From: Guillardia theta CCMP2712
Taxonomy: Eukaryota > Protista > Cryptophyta
Direction: 5' to 3'
Assembly (NCBI RefSeq): GCF_000315625.1
Contig: NW_005434403.1
Span: forward strand, 1-37,219
Length of the DNA: 37,219 bases
A model generated the notes under the pieces. The model made no database searches, had not been told where the DNA came from, and saw nothing but the letters and a program-made list of their open reading frames with translations. Of the stretch, positions 1-15,306 are shown in pieces (within the stretch, counting starts at the first letter, position 1; each line of letters begins with the position of its first letter). The position numbers were made by a program, and so were the translations under genes.

Positions 1-55
1 AGGAGAGGAGAGGAGAGGAGAGGAGAGGAGAGGAGAGGAGAGGAGAGGAGAGGAG
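1..55. repeat. (AGGAG)n microsatellite
   Basis: Perfect pentamer repeat at the window start; probably intronic. Confidence 0.95.
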
Positions 56-112
56 GGGAGGGGAAGATGGACAGAGAGGAGAGTGCGGAGGGGAGGGCAG
101 AGGACGGTTAAA

Positions 113-803
113 CCTTTCGCTGCATCTCCTTCATCTTCGAAACCTGTGCCACGAAGAAGACTGGTCAACAATCTTTACCATCCCGCCACCATCCCGTCAC
201 CTGGTCCATGATTCTCTGCTTTCTCAGATCTAAAGTTTTGTTCCTCCTGCTTCTTCATCATCTTCAAGAACCACCACCCATTGAGGTATCCTCTTCATCT
301 CTCTCCTCCTCCTCCTCCTCTCCCCAATTATCCTGCTCGAGCTCCTCCTGCTCCTCCTCGAACAACTCCGTCTTCCTACACGCCAACGGACCTGCAGCGA
401 ACGAGCGCATGTCCATCTTGCGATCGCTCGTAGACAGTGCTGCCTATCCTTATCCTCTCTGGCACCCTCGCAGCTCCCGCAGCTGACGTCGGCGCCTTGA
501 CCCTGCTCTCACTGACCGAGGCCAGCATCACAACAAGAGCAGGAGGAGGAGGAGATAGCTGACTCAGCATCGTCGACTACTCTGATGAGATGTTTGCTCC
601 CTGCATCTCTCCTGTACTTCACTCCACCTTGCATGACGTCAGCTGTTAAGTCGGGCAAGGAAGTCAGACCGATCGTGATCATCCAGGAGGTTGGTGGCAG
701 CAGGTCTTTGGGAATGACCTGCGAGAGAAATTTACCATGACAAGTGTCATAGGAGATGACAGAAGGGAGAAGATGTACATGGAACAGGAAAGACTATTTC
801 TTA

Positions 804-835
<32 letters not shown>

Positions 836-1660
836 GTCACCACAATCACCATCATCACGTCATCATCATCATCATCACCACCACCACCACCATCAAGCAC
901 CTTCTTCGACCATGTCTTGTTCGTGTTAGCTTTCAACTTGTCAGATTTAAAAGTCTGTTTCTCTTGTGAGTTTGGACTTCGATCTCTCTGCTACCATGAC
1001 AACCAGGCTCTTGTATACCCTGTAAGGTGCAACTGCGCCTCCTCTTCTTCCTGCCGCAACGACATGAGCTCATGTAGGCTGTCGAGTCTGCATCGTTACC
1101 CCTGCTCGGGTGGAAGCTGGTCCAGAACCTTGCAAGGGCGGGGCGGGTCAGGACGTTCCTCCTCCCTCTCCCTCCTCTCACCCTCTCCCTCCTCTGTAGC
1201 CTCCACGCGATCTCCCGCGAGCTGTGCAGATATGAATACCCTTGAGCTCTCGCTCTGCTCTGCTCTGCTCCTGTCACTCTCCTCCCCTCCCCTCTACCTC
1301 GTGTAGACAACGAACGACCAACATGCCCTCCTCTCTCGCTGGCATGCTGCTGACACGCGTCAATCTGAGTAGCACAACCTCTCCTCCCTCCTCTACATCG
1401 CTCGTCTTGTCTGCCTTGCTCTCCATCTCGCTCGCTTCCGCCTTGTCCTTCTGTCGTATCAGCTCTACAGGAACGAGAGTCACGAATCCCATTCCTCTTC
1501 CCTCCTCCCTTACGATTCCCAGACTTCTGGTAGAGCGACGTTCCCACACGCACGAGCTTCTTGCTCTCAAACAGCCTATTGCGATCATCAGCCAGTAACT
1601 TCCAGCTCCATACCTTCTCACCTTCCTTGTTGATTCGGGTACGGATAGGAGGACGGCATC
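113..1660 (-). CDS. Multi-exon gene, 5' part, probably continuing off the left edge; weak resemblance to the region preceding the CCCH fingers of ZC3H3/Red5-like proteins
   Basis: Short exon-like blocks between GT..AG introns encode VRVGTSLYQKSGNRK, GGVKYRRDAGSKHLIRV and RIRIGSTVYERSQDGHALVR, similar to the 'IG..Y......L.R' motifs I recall from ZC3H3-like proteins. No zinc finger is in the window and boundaries are approximate. Confidence 0.3.
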
Positions 1661-2224
1661 GACCAACCCCCCCTCCCCCTCCCCCTCCCCCTCCCCCTCC
1701 CCCTCCCCCTCATCCTTACAGGCCTTCCGATCACGCCTACAGATATTTTCCTCCCCTCATCGCCATAGGTCGTCTGAGATGCACTTGAATCAGATCACTG
1801 CTGTCCTCTCCATCCCCCACCTCCCCCCAACCGCCCCTGTTTTCGTTCTTCCCGTTAGTCTTTCCCCTTGATCCTCCCCTTGCTCTTGATCCTGTTCTCG
1901 CTCTTCCCCGTCTTCTCGCCCCTTCCTCTCACTCTGTCCCTCCCTCTTGCTCTCTTGCTCTCTTGCTCTCTTGCTCTCTCCTCCTCCTCCTGCTCCTCCT
2001 CCTGGTCTGATTCACCCTGATTCGTTTCCCTAAAACTTTCTTTTTAAAATTGTTCACCCTATTCTTACCTCCAGGCTTATTCCTACCTACCACCCCTACA
2101 ATTTACCCATGTACCCCCTTTTTGTCTATTGTATAACCCCTAAATTTTCCCTCATCCATGACCCCCACCACCATTCTTGTGTACCCTACCCTCTGCACAT
2201 TCTAGTAATCTTCGCCTCTCTGTC

Positions 2225-3176
2225 ATGCTGGCGTCTGTGGTGCGGCGGGCGGCGATGGGAGGAGGAGGAGCGAAGAAGATGACGGAGATGGCGAGGACAG
2301 GAGCGCTATCAGAGGCAGTGCAAGCAAGAGCAGCCATGGCCAAGGGCTCCTCCTGCCCCACTAGCTGCTCAGCCGTCAGTGTAGGCAGTTCCCTCCACCT
2401 CGAGGGCAGGAACGGCCAAGCCATGATGAGCAGGAGCAGGAAGGAAGCAGTTAGGGCGTGGGGGGTTGGAGGGGTTCTGTCACGGTCCTTCCATGGGATC
2501 ATCGTTGAAGGGAAAGGGGAGCAAACCCTCCTGCAGCGCCTCGATCCCCGTACCCTCGCGGGGAAGGCTGTGGAACCATTGCAGCCATCAGCAGCACTGA
2601 GGGCAGGGAAGGTGCTTGGCGGTCAGGCGACACATCTTCTTGGTATGATGCAGCTGTTTGATGCAGCGCTATAGAGAGAACCTCCTGACAATGAGCCTTT
2701 CCTGCAGTTCCACAGGTACCTTGTTTCTTCAACAGTGTCCTGGCGGATAGGTCAGTCTTTACAGCCAACCGCTGGATCGCAGCGCTGACTTTGACTGGCA
2801 TCAGAGCGATGGACCAATTCATCATCTTCCCAAAGCATCCTGCTCTTGAAGCTCAAGACATCTCCAACTTGTCGTACGAAGAGCCGGTGCAGGACGTTTC
2901 CGACCTGCCCTCCTTCCCCAACGTCAACGAGCCGGTGAGAAGCAAGGACGAGGACGCAGTCGTGTTGACCGACTTGTTTGGAAGATGCTTGCGATCAAGA
3001 GGACGTATCAGCCCCACACTCGTCGTAGGAAGAGGAAGCACGGGTAAGGCTGTGCTGTGTTTGATAGGGACTGGCGTGTTTGACGTGTGGGAAGATTTTT
3101 GCACAGGCTGAAATATAACAAGAATGTGCTGAAGCGCCGTAAGTTGAAAGGAAGACACAGGCTGACACCTGTCTAG
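2225..3176 (+). CDS. MRPL34: Ribosomal protein bL34, probably mitochondrial, with a long N-terminal extension
   Basis: Splicing introns 2935-2984 and 3044-3094 gives ...NEP-MLAIKRTYQPHTRRRKRKHG-FLHRLKYNKNVLKRRKLKGRHRLTPV* (TAG 3174-3176), matching the L34 signature KRTYQP..RKRKHGF..R...RR.KGR..L. ATG 2225 (MLASVVRRAAM...) looks like a mitochondrial presequence. Middle exons are not resolved. Confidence 0.85.
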
Positions 3177-3945
3177 AAGAAGAGCATGTCTTGCTGTTTG
3201 TTGCTCAGTCGAACATGTCAATTCTCCTTCAGAAGTGAATGAATGGTTGAATGCGATTGTACAGGTTTCAAATGAGGAGGAGGCATTTGAAAAGAATAAC
3301 TCATATTTACGTCACTTGGTACAAAACAATCTACTCACTCACTAAGACACGAGATCTTCACTTCTTCACATCCTTGCAAACAAAACTACATCTCAAATTC
3401 GAACGCGAATTCAGAAAGAGATGAACAATCACGCTCGTTTTTAACAGATTCTTCGTTCTCTCGTTGACTCCTCTGTAAACTCCTCCAACGTCGCCTCTTC
3501 TCCTTCCTCTGTGCTCTTCCCCATGTCAGAATGATCGGTTTGCTGACAATCCTTGCACCCATGCTGCCTTTGGCGGTTTGGCGGCGGAGGAGCAGGCCAT
3601 GGAGGAAGCAGCGGAGGAGGAGGATGATAAAGCAGAAGAATAATGTTTGTTCTCGGAGAAGGGAGCAGGAGGGGAATTGAAAATCTTTGTTCTGGGGGAG
3701 GGGGGGGATCAGGTGAAAAATGTTTGTACCCACGAGGGGAGCACATCGAAAACGTTTGTTCCCAGGAAGAGGAGGCTGATGCTACGACCAACGTCGTGAG
3801 AGGAGAAGGGAGGGGAGACAGTCGGGATTTTGAGATCGTTTGTTGTCGATCAAGCACAACAGCAACCCGTCTTGCTTCTGGACTGCAACTTCGACTCGTC
3901 AAACTGTCTCTAGTGAAAATGATAAGAACATGAAATGAATCCTCC

Positions 3946-4452
3946 GTCTCGTCTCGTCTCGTCTCGTCTCGTCTCGTCTATTCTTCTCTCTTCTACACCT
4001 CTTCTATGCTCCCCTTTACACCTCTTATCTGCTCTGATCCCCACGTCTCCTCTCCTCTCGTCTACCCAACCCTCCTCTCCAGTACACCTCTACTTTGCTC
4101 TGCCCTCCACGTCTCCTCTCCTCTCCTCTCCTCTCCTCTACACCTCTTCTCTCCTCTCATCTACACCTCTGCACTGCTCTCCTCCCCACCATTGACACTT
4201 TCCTCCCCACTTCTCCTTCCCACCTCATCTCTCCTCTACAACAGTCCTGTCCTGTCCTGTCCTGCCCTGCCCTGTCACTCTGCCCTGCCCTGCCCTCTAC
4301 TGTCACTGTCCTGTCCTGTCCTGTCCTGTCCTGTCCTGTCCTGTCCTGTCCTGTCCTGTCTTCTTGCCTCCTCTCCTCTCCTCTGCTCTCCTTCCCACCT
4401 CTCCTCTCCTCTCCTCTCCTCTCCCCACCATTGACACTCTCCTCCCCTCTCT
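3946..4452. repeat. Pyrimidine-rich low-complexity tract: (GTCTC)n, (CTGTC)n, (CTCTC)n, with a duplicated CTCCCCACCATTGACACT
   Basis: Directly visible simple repeats. Confidence 0.85.
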
Positions 4453-5504
4453 CCAGGCGGCGGCGCGGCTCATTGAACTTCGGAACTCCAGGAACCCGGC
4501 CGGCCCGGGCCCAACGTCAACCGTTGGACCGTGAACCCCGGGCCCCGGGCCGGGCCGGGCCCGGTGCCGCAACGGTACGCCAGCGGCGGGGGCCCGGGCC
4601 GTGCCGGCGGCTAAGCCTTCAGTCAGTGCCCGGGCCCGCGGCCACAGCCACCGACTCCGGGCTCGGATCCTCCGGGTACCCACCGGATCCTCCAAGGGAG
4701 GCCGGGTTCTCCTCCTCTCGGTATCCACTCAGCGAAAAGGAGTCTTTTCACTCTGGTCCAACAAAAAGAATTTGACCAGGGATCCGCTTACCCTGACCAC
4801 CCCTCCCACTTCCAAGTCTTGTCACTCATTCACAGCTCATTACCGGTACTTTGGTAGTGAGTAGTACCGGTCCACTCTGGAATCAGAGAACCCCCTACCA
4901 TGAAGGGTAGAGAGCAGCTCATGTCCCCGATTGCCCCCTCCTCGCTCCTCCTACTAAAACCTTGCTCCTCCTTCCCGCCGCTCCTTCGTTATAGGCTGCT
5001 GGTACAGCTCTCCTGCCTCCTGCCTCCTGCCTCCTGCCTCCTGCCTCCTCTCTCCTCCCTCCTCCCTCTCCTCTCTCCTCTCTCCTCTCTCCTCTCTCCT
5101 CTCTCCTCTCTCCTCTCTCCTCTCTCCTCTCTCCTCTCTCCTCCCTGCTCCTTCCTCCCTGCTCCCTGCTCCCTGCTCTCTGCTCCCTGCTCCCTCCTCA
5201 CCCTCTTCCTTCAACTCTCTTCCACCTTCTCTACCTCCCACTTCATCTTTCTCCTTTTTCACCGCTCTCTGCTCGCTTTTTGCTCCTAACTTCCCGCCAT
5301 TACTTTCAAGCTGCCACTTGCCCTCGCGCCAGTCCCAATCTTGTTCATGCTTTCTACTTCCTTGGCTCGTTTCCTTTCTCCACCTATGTTTGCTTCTTTG
5401 TTCTGCAAAACAACTGACACTCTTGTCTGCTAGCAACTTACTCTTGCCCATCGTTTCCGAACAGAAAACTCCGAAGTTTTTCCCATCGCTACCAAACAGG
5501 CACT

Positions 5505-6714
5505 ATGCAGGTGAAGGGGCTGAGAGGTGAGATTCTTGCTACTGTGGTCATGGTCTCACGAGCATCATACTCCAGCTCTCTGGTTGCTGTCCTTGTGCTC
5601 CGCTGCCGTCCTTGCAGAGGAGGCCTCCACGAGCAAGGACGAGTCGGGGGAAAACAAGATGTTCAGTGTTACAGCCTTGTTCATTTGCTTCCGAGAGGCG
5701 CTGGAAGGGTGCGTCATTATGTCCCTACTCCTCAACATGCTGCACAAGACAGGGTTCGAGATGTACAAGAAGTGGGTTTGGATCGGAGCGATAGCGGGTA
5801 TAGTCGCCTTCGTGCTCGTGGGAGCCATCTTCATCAGCGTCTTCTATGCAATCAAGTCAGCCGTCCCCGACGCCTTCATGTACGTGTTCGAGGGCCTGTT
5901 GGCTCTGTTTGCCAGCTGCATCCTGACGGCGCTCGGCCTCAACTTCCTGAGGATGAAGGATCTAGAGCGCAAGTGGACGGAGAACCTCTTCCAAGGCAGA
6001 GAGAGCCTGCCGGAAATACCGCAGGACGTGGGGTACCTGAAGAGGAAGTACCTGGAGCTGAAGGCGAAGCTTTCGATCAAAAACCAGGCGATCGATGACG
6101 AGGCAAAGAAGCAAGGGCTGACATGGTCGATGGTCTTCTTTATTACCTTCTCCTCTATCTTCCGTGAGGGGGTAGAGACCGTTTTCATGCTGCTCTTCGT
6201 CAACTCAGACCCTGCCGGGCTGGCCATCGGAGGGATCGTTGGGATCGTTTGCGGGATCGTGTTCGGGATCATGGTGCTGCTGGTGGGGAGATACTTCCTG
6301 GTTGACATCTCCACCTTCTTCCATCTGACCACCATCTTCATCCTCTTCATCGCCGCTGGACTGGCACGCTACTTCATCCATGAGTTCGAGGAGCTGGGGG
6401 AGGTACGGGCTAAGACTACCAACGACCCTATCATCCTACGCCCTCTCTACGACCTGACGGCCTCTTGGGGACCCGGGTGGTCTCAGAACTCCGGGTGGGG
6501 TGCGATAGCGAAAGCCCTGGTGGGGTATACCCACAAACCGACCATGCTGGAGGGGCTGTGCTGGCTGGGGTACTGGGAACTGATCATCATGGTTATGCTG
6601 CTGAGGTACAAGAGGGGAACCCTGTTCAGCAAGTACGTGGCAGGAAGGGAGGAGAGCTCGAGCTCTGTGGGCTCAGGAGATGCGAAGGTGAGGAGGGATC
6701 AGCTGGCAGTGTAA
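5505..6714 (+). CDS. FTR1: High-affinity iron permease, FTR1/EfeU family
   Basis: ATG 5505 and a 49-nt intron 5527-5575 give the signal peptide MQVKGLRALWLLSLCSAAVLA. Two RExxE iron-binding motifs (FREALEG, FREGVET), about 7 hydrophobic helices, C-terminal 'LVGYTHKPT..E...W.GYW' motif; stop TAA 6714. Confidence 0.93.
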
Positions 6715-6882
6715 GGAAGAGAGAGGAAGAGCAATGGTGGTCCAGTGTATTTGTTGTTCACTTCAAAACTAAATCTCCTCCAAAATGCACTTGATCGCGG
6801 GCCTGCTGTCCCTCGTGCACAGAGAATGTGTCTTGTCTTCTCCTCTCCTCCTCATTGTTTTACCTTAGCGTTCGTCGCTGCA

Positions 6883-9017
6883 TCAAGACAGGTCAGAAGG
6901 GTCGTCCTTCAGAAACTGAATGCCCTGGATCGCGACTCAGCATAGCACCGAGCAACGGAGGAGGAGCGAGTTACCTCTGTCTCTGCGCCAGCGTTGAGGA
7001 CTGGAGAGCTGCCCCCTTCATCGTCGTCCTCAGCTTTGCTCTGCTAGTACGTCATCTCAAGGGTCGGGGAGCAGAGGAGCGGGACCCCTTCTTCCTTCCC
7101 CTGCTCAACTCCACATCCATTCACCCTTGCGCGTTTAGTCGGCCTCTCCTCCTTCTCCTCCTCCTCCTGCTCGCCAGATGTCAAATCGAGCTCAACTAGC
7201 GCAAACAGCCCACCTGACAGGTAGCAGAGGACCCTCCCACGTCGCCCGACTTCTCTTCCTCCCCCTTGCCCTCCACACCGTTCGGTGAGGGCTCGTTGGA
7301 CCGCTCGTGGTGCTCTTCCTTCTCCTCGTAACGCTGCTGATCTTCCTCCCGTAGCCTCTTCTGCCTCTTCGACAGCTCGCTCTGCTCGCAGTATCCGTAC
7401 AGATGCTGCGACTTTGACTTGCCGCAGTTCTTACAAGTCCTGTTGCCTCCGAACAATGTCCACAAGAATCCACGGCCTTCCCATCTGCCCAGCGCCGTCA
7501 GACTGGCTGCCGGACTCGAGGCAGGGGAGGGGAGGAAAATGATGGAGCGGAGAAGGAGGACGAGAGTAAGAAGGGAGGGAGGAAGCCTGAGGGTTAGAGT
7601 GAGAAGCGGGAAGAACGGAAGGAACCGAGGGATGCTGGCGAAGGGAGGGCAGCAGGAAGGGAGACAATGGGAATGATACAATGAGGAGAGGATGATGGCG
7701 AAAGGGACAGGAGGGAAACAATGTCTTTCCTGCTCTTCGCGTCTCTGTCCTTGCACTGGATGCAAGCGAAAGTTTCGTAGACTAGCAGTCCATGTCCTCG
7801 CGCCTGGCATGAGGGAGATAAGGAGGAGGAGGAGAACGGACGAGATCGTCATGATCAACTCACACACTGAGGGAGGGAAGCAGCGAGTCCAACCGAGGCA
7901 AGACAAACCAAATTACATTCAGAAAGCTGTTGATTCATCACATTCAAAACTCACATTCTGAGATTCATGGGTCAGTGAGCAAGATTGAACATCCGAACAA
8001 ACTTACACAACACTAGCAGCCGGGAGGACGTGAAAGTTGAAACACGAGCGAATGTCAGGCACAAAGAAATTCGAACAACTTGATTTGATTACCCACTGAA
8101 AACCAAAACGACATGTCAGAATGTGAACACGACAAGATTTACTTCCTTACATTCTGCACATGAAGGAAGTTTGTGACAATGAAGGCAGGAGATTGTGAAA
8201 CAGTCAGTAAACATCTTGCTGGATGTCAAGAACAAAAAGCTACCAGCTGCCGAGCAAGTCATTTTCAGATCCGTCAATGAGTCCAAGAGAGCGGAGGAGG
8301 CAAGGGAGGAGGGGAACGGGGGGGGGGGGGGGAGGGGGCGAGGGGGAGGGGAAGTGGGGAGGGGATGGGGAGGGAGAGGGGAGGAGAGGGAGAATAGGGG
8401 AGAAGAGATGATAGCATGTCAAACATCACAGAAAGGAGAAGAGATCTCAGAATTCACTTACCCCCTGATCATACAGTCAGGAAATACACAGTGGCGAGAT
8501 CGGTACGATTCAAGCATTCTAGTCAGTTTCTGCCATTCAAAGACATATTGACTCACTCCCTGCATTGAGCGACAAGATGAGATAGATATCATCAGGTGAG
8601 ATCATGACGCATGCTCAGGTAAGACAAGTTGAAAGAAAGAGTATACCGCCTGAGTACGCGCGGTCATGGGGGATCACAAGAGCGAAAGGCGAAGCCACTC
8701 ACGCATTTGTTGGCGTCGTCGCTATCCACCTCTACGATGAGCTACAAAATTCTTAGTGATGCACGCATGAAGGATCTCAGCCCTCGTTCTGCTGCTCAAT
8801 CATGAACTACGCTTCACTGTAACCTTTCCCGATTCCCCCAGCATAACTCTGCTTCCTCAATTTCTGCTCCCGCATCTCCTGACCTGCATCTCCTCCTCTC
8901 CGCTGCCCTCCTCGCCCCCGCTTACTCTTCCTTCCCTTCTCTCCTCCTCTCTCCTCCTCTCCCTCTCCTCCCCTCCTCCTCCTCCTTCACCTTGCATACT
9001 TCGCATGGCCACGGCAT
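6883..9017 (-). CDS. Cys/His-rich putative zinc-binding protein assembled from single-codon micro-exons
   Basis: Exons 9017-8991, 8741-8703, nine micro-exons and an exon starting at 7803 give MPWPCEVCKLIVEVDSDDANKCAGGLNWCCNCARGHGLLVYETFACIQCKDRDAKSRK. A later exon encodes TCKNCGKSKSQHLYGYC followed by charged/acidic segments. The junction across ~7720-7490 and the stop position are uncertain. Confidence 0.6.
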
Positions 9018-9720
9018 TGCGGCCACGGGAAGCGTACAATCCTCTTTTGGCAATTGGGAAACAAAAAGTGCTTAAAATAAGTAAAAACGCTTAAAAATAA
9101 GCTAAATTTGACTAGAGGTTGATTGGTATGTTGAGTAAACCTTCATGGTACTCCTGTTAACATTCCTGCCTGACTACTTCAAATTTCATTGGCAAATTTG
9201 AAATTCTCAAAAATAGCATGGATTGTTGGTGTTTCCCAGGCGAAAAAAAAATTCCCAGGCCCCGGAGTCACAATATCCGGCGATTTACGTGGACGACACT
9301 GAGGACAGGACCGGGACTCGGGGACAGGACCGTGAGGGTACATGACTCTCTTTACATGACAGTGACGACAGTGACGACACTGACAGCCAGTGACTGCCAC
9401 CGCAGTGCCCGGCCCGGTCCCCGGTCCCGGTCCGATCCCGGTCCGGGAGTCCCGCCGGGTCCCGGAGTCTCGGGGCCCAGTTGACAGTGACACTGAGGCT
9501 GAGTGCAGCCACAAGTGCAGTGCGGCGCAACCAACTTTGTCGGCTGACAGTAGGTGGGGTATAGGGAGGGAAATGGGGGATACCCATAGTGAATTTAGGG
9601 GGTGCTTGAGGTATGAAGAAGGGGTAGGGGTCCAAGTTTGTGAGGGTGGAGAACCAGACTCGAGACAAGAATGCGCAAAAGCTAAGGGCGAGGAGGAAGA
9701 GGCGAAGAGAGCAGTGAAGG

Positions 9721-9850
9721 AAGGAGGAGGAGGAGGAGGAGGACGAAGAAGAAGAAGGAGAAGAAGAAGAAGAAGAAGAAGAAGAAGAAGAAGAAGAAGA
9801 AGAAGAAGAAGAAGAAGAAGAAGAAGAAGAAGAAGATTAGGAGGAGGAAG
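9721..9850. repeat. (GGA)n/(AGA)n microsatellite
   Basis: About 30 AGA triplets upstream of NAR1; explains the poly-R ORF. Confidence 0.95.
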
Positions 9851-10104
9851 AGGGAAGGGAGGTGAGATGAGGAGAGGGCAGTAGAGAAGAGGGGAAGCGA
9901 GGACTCAGAGCAGATGAGAGGTTGGACCGAGAGGATAGAAACATTTTAGAAGCGGGAGTGGATGGGAATTTAAGGCATGACAAGCAAGAGGAAATGAAAA
10001 GGAAGGGGGAGACGGAATGGGAGGAAGGGAGGACGCATGCTTATTTGGAGGTATAAGACTGAAAATATCCTCGTCTAACGTTCACTAAGGAACAACACGG
10101 TTCC

Positions 10105-13581
<3,477 letters not shown>

Positions 13582-13780
13582 AGGACGAGGACGCGGACGA
13601 GGGGACGAGGACGAGGACGATAAGAGAAGGAGGGCAAGTGTACAGTAAAGATATGTTGAGGGTAGGGTAGAAGGGTGACATGTTTCTGGGAGGAGAGAGA
13701 GAGAGAGAGAGGCGAGTCGGATTGCAGATGTTATCTCACAACTTCTTTCATCGACAAGAACATGTCTTCTACCAGCACCA

Positions 13781-14811
13781 TCACCGCACAGCCTCCATCC
13801 TGCAAGACAGACACTGCTGGTTGTACTGTAGAGTCTGTCCCACCTGTGTAACCCTGTTTGCTACCTGTAAGGAACAAGTCAGAGCAGACACGCGGCTGGG
13901 CAAGGTCAGTACGATGCTGTGGAGGGCTTCGTTTCCAGTATCCAGCTCCTGCCGCCATGCGTTAACCGTTGGAGCAGCGGACGGGACAACGTCACCATGA
14001 TGTGGGAGACTATGATGGAGAATCGCAACGAAAGTTCCTCTAGTGTGTTGTGACAAGATCTCAACACCTGTCAGACATTCTCAGCAACAGAAAGAACTTG
14101 ACGATTTCACATCCAGCAGCGTCATCAGCAACAAACAGAACAACTCGATGCTCAACAACAAGACTAAGACTTGATTGTCCTCACCCGCAACACCTCCGAC
14201 CCCATCGTGTTCCCAGATGCAGTTTGCATGACCCTCTGGCATTGACTCTCGACATGCATGAGCTCACGGAGGTAGATGATCAACCTTGCTGCTGACACTC
14301 TCATCTCTCCTTCATCTGCTCTTTCGCTGCCCATCCTTCCTCCTTGCTCAACCCTCTGCAGATCCTCGCTTCCTGTTGCAAGAAGGGCCCTGTTTTCCTC
14401 CCCTAAGACGTAGAAAGCATTCCTGCATGCTTCACAGATCGGAGACCGCGGCTCGATGTCACTGCAATCGAGCATCAGCAGAGCTGGATCACATCAAATA
14501 GATGACAACACCTTTTCTTTGGAGATGTAAGACAATCTGAAAACCTTCAAAGGTTCATAGTGTATCAGAAAAAGACCCATTGATACAACAAATGATTCTC
14601 ACCCTCTCAAGAAATCGACCTGCGCTTGTTTCATCTCATTTCGACCTCCCGTCATGACAAACGGCTTGCTCTTCTCTCCCCACAGCAGCAGATGCGCTCG
14701 ACAGGTCACTTGATTCTTCTCCCTTCTCGTATTGCTCCTTGTCTCCGCCATGGCTAACAGCGTCATGGAGGAAGCTAAAAAGAACCCTGCTTGCAGATAT
14801 CTTGAGCTCAC
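13781..14811 (-). CDS. Hypothetical multi-exon gene convergent with NAR1
   Basis: Complex, protein-like blocks (e.g. DCSDIEPRSPICEACRNAFYVLGEENRALLA; RLIIYLRELMHVESQCQRVMQ) lying downstream of a CCGG island on the minus strand. No family recognised and boundaries are rough. Confidence 0.35.
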
Positions 14812-15139
14812 TGATGTATCAAGATGCTGATGATACGAAGGAGTTTCGACGAGGATGAATCAAATTCTCCTCCTCCTCTTCCTCTCCTCCTCCTTCCCTC
14901 AGTTCAAACCACTCGCCATTGTGCAACTCGCCGTTATGAGCTCAATGTATCCCTCATCTCCCCACTGACCACACCCCGGGAGCCGGGGCCAGAGCCGGGG
15001 CCTCTCCTGAGAGCCGGGCCCGGGGCCCGGCCAGAGCCCGGCGGCCGGGCGGCCTGAGCCGGGGCCGGCCGGCACCGGGCATCATGGCATGCCGGCCGGC
15101 CGCATAGCGGCTGGGCCCGGCGGGGCCTTCCGAGCGTCC

Positions 15140-15306
15140 TTTACTCAAAGTTAAGTTAAAAATCATTACGAGGACAATCAGGAGAGTCCGATCGAGGAGG
15201 CTTGACCCTGACACTGTCGCACAGGCCAAACGGCGAGAAGAGAAAGACAGCGAGAACCAAACCCAATCCTGCCGACTGCTGTCCCCCAAACTTAACTGAT
15301 ACCTTC
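15140..15306. mobile_element. Short dispersed element (MITE-like), copy 1
   Basis: Near-identical over ~150 bp to 31481-31628. Begins TTTACTCAAAGTTAAGTTAAA, has an inverted ACTTAACT near the other end, and is bracketed by direct repeat CCTTCCGAGC (15126-15135, 15302-15311). Confidence 0.65.

Noticed and set aside
3386-3933. Possible small gene between MRPL34 and FTR1
   Set aside because: Overlapping ORFs on both strands with no recognisable motif or consistent splice model.
7916-7926. Additional 10-nt micro-exon CTTTCTGAAT (minus strand, cag|...|gtaatt)
   Set aside because: It would leave an upstream intron of under 30 nt and shift the frame away from the CxxC reading; it remains possible as an alternative.
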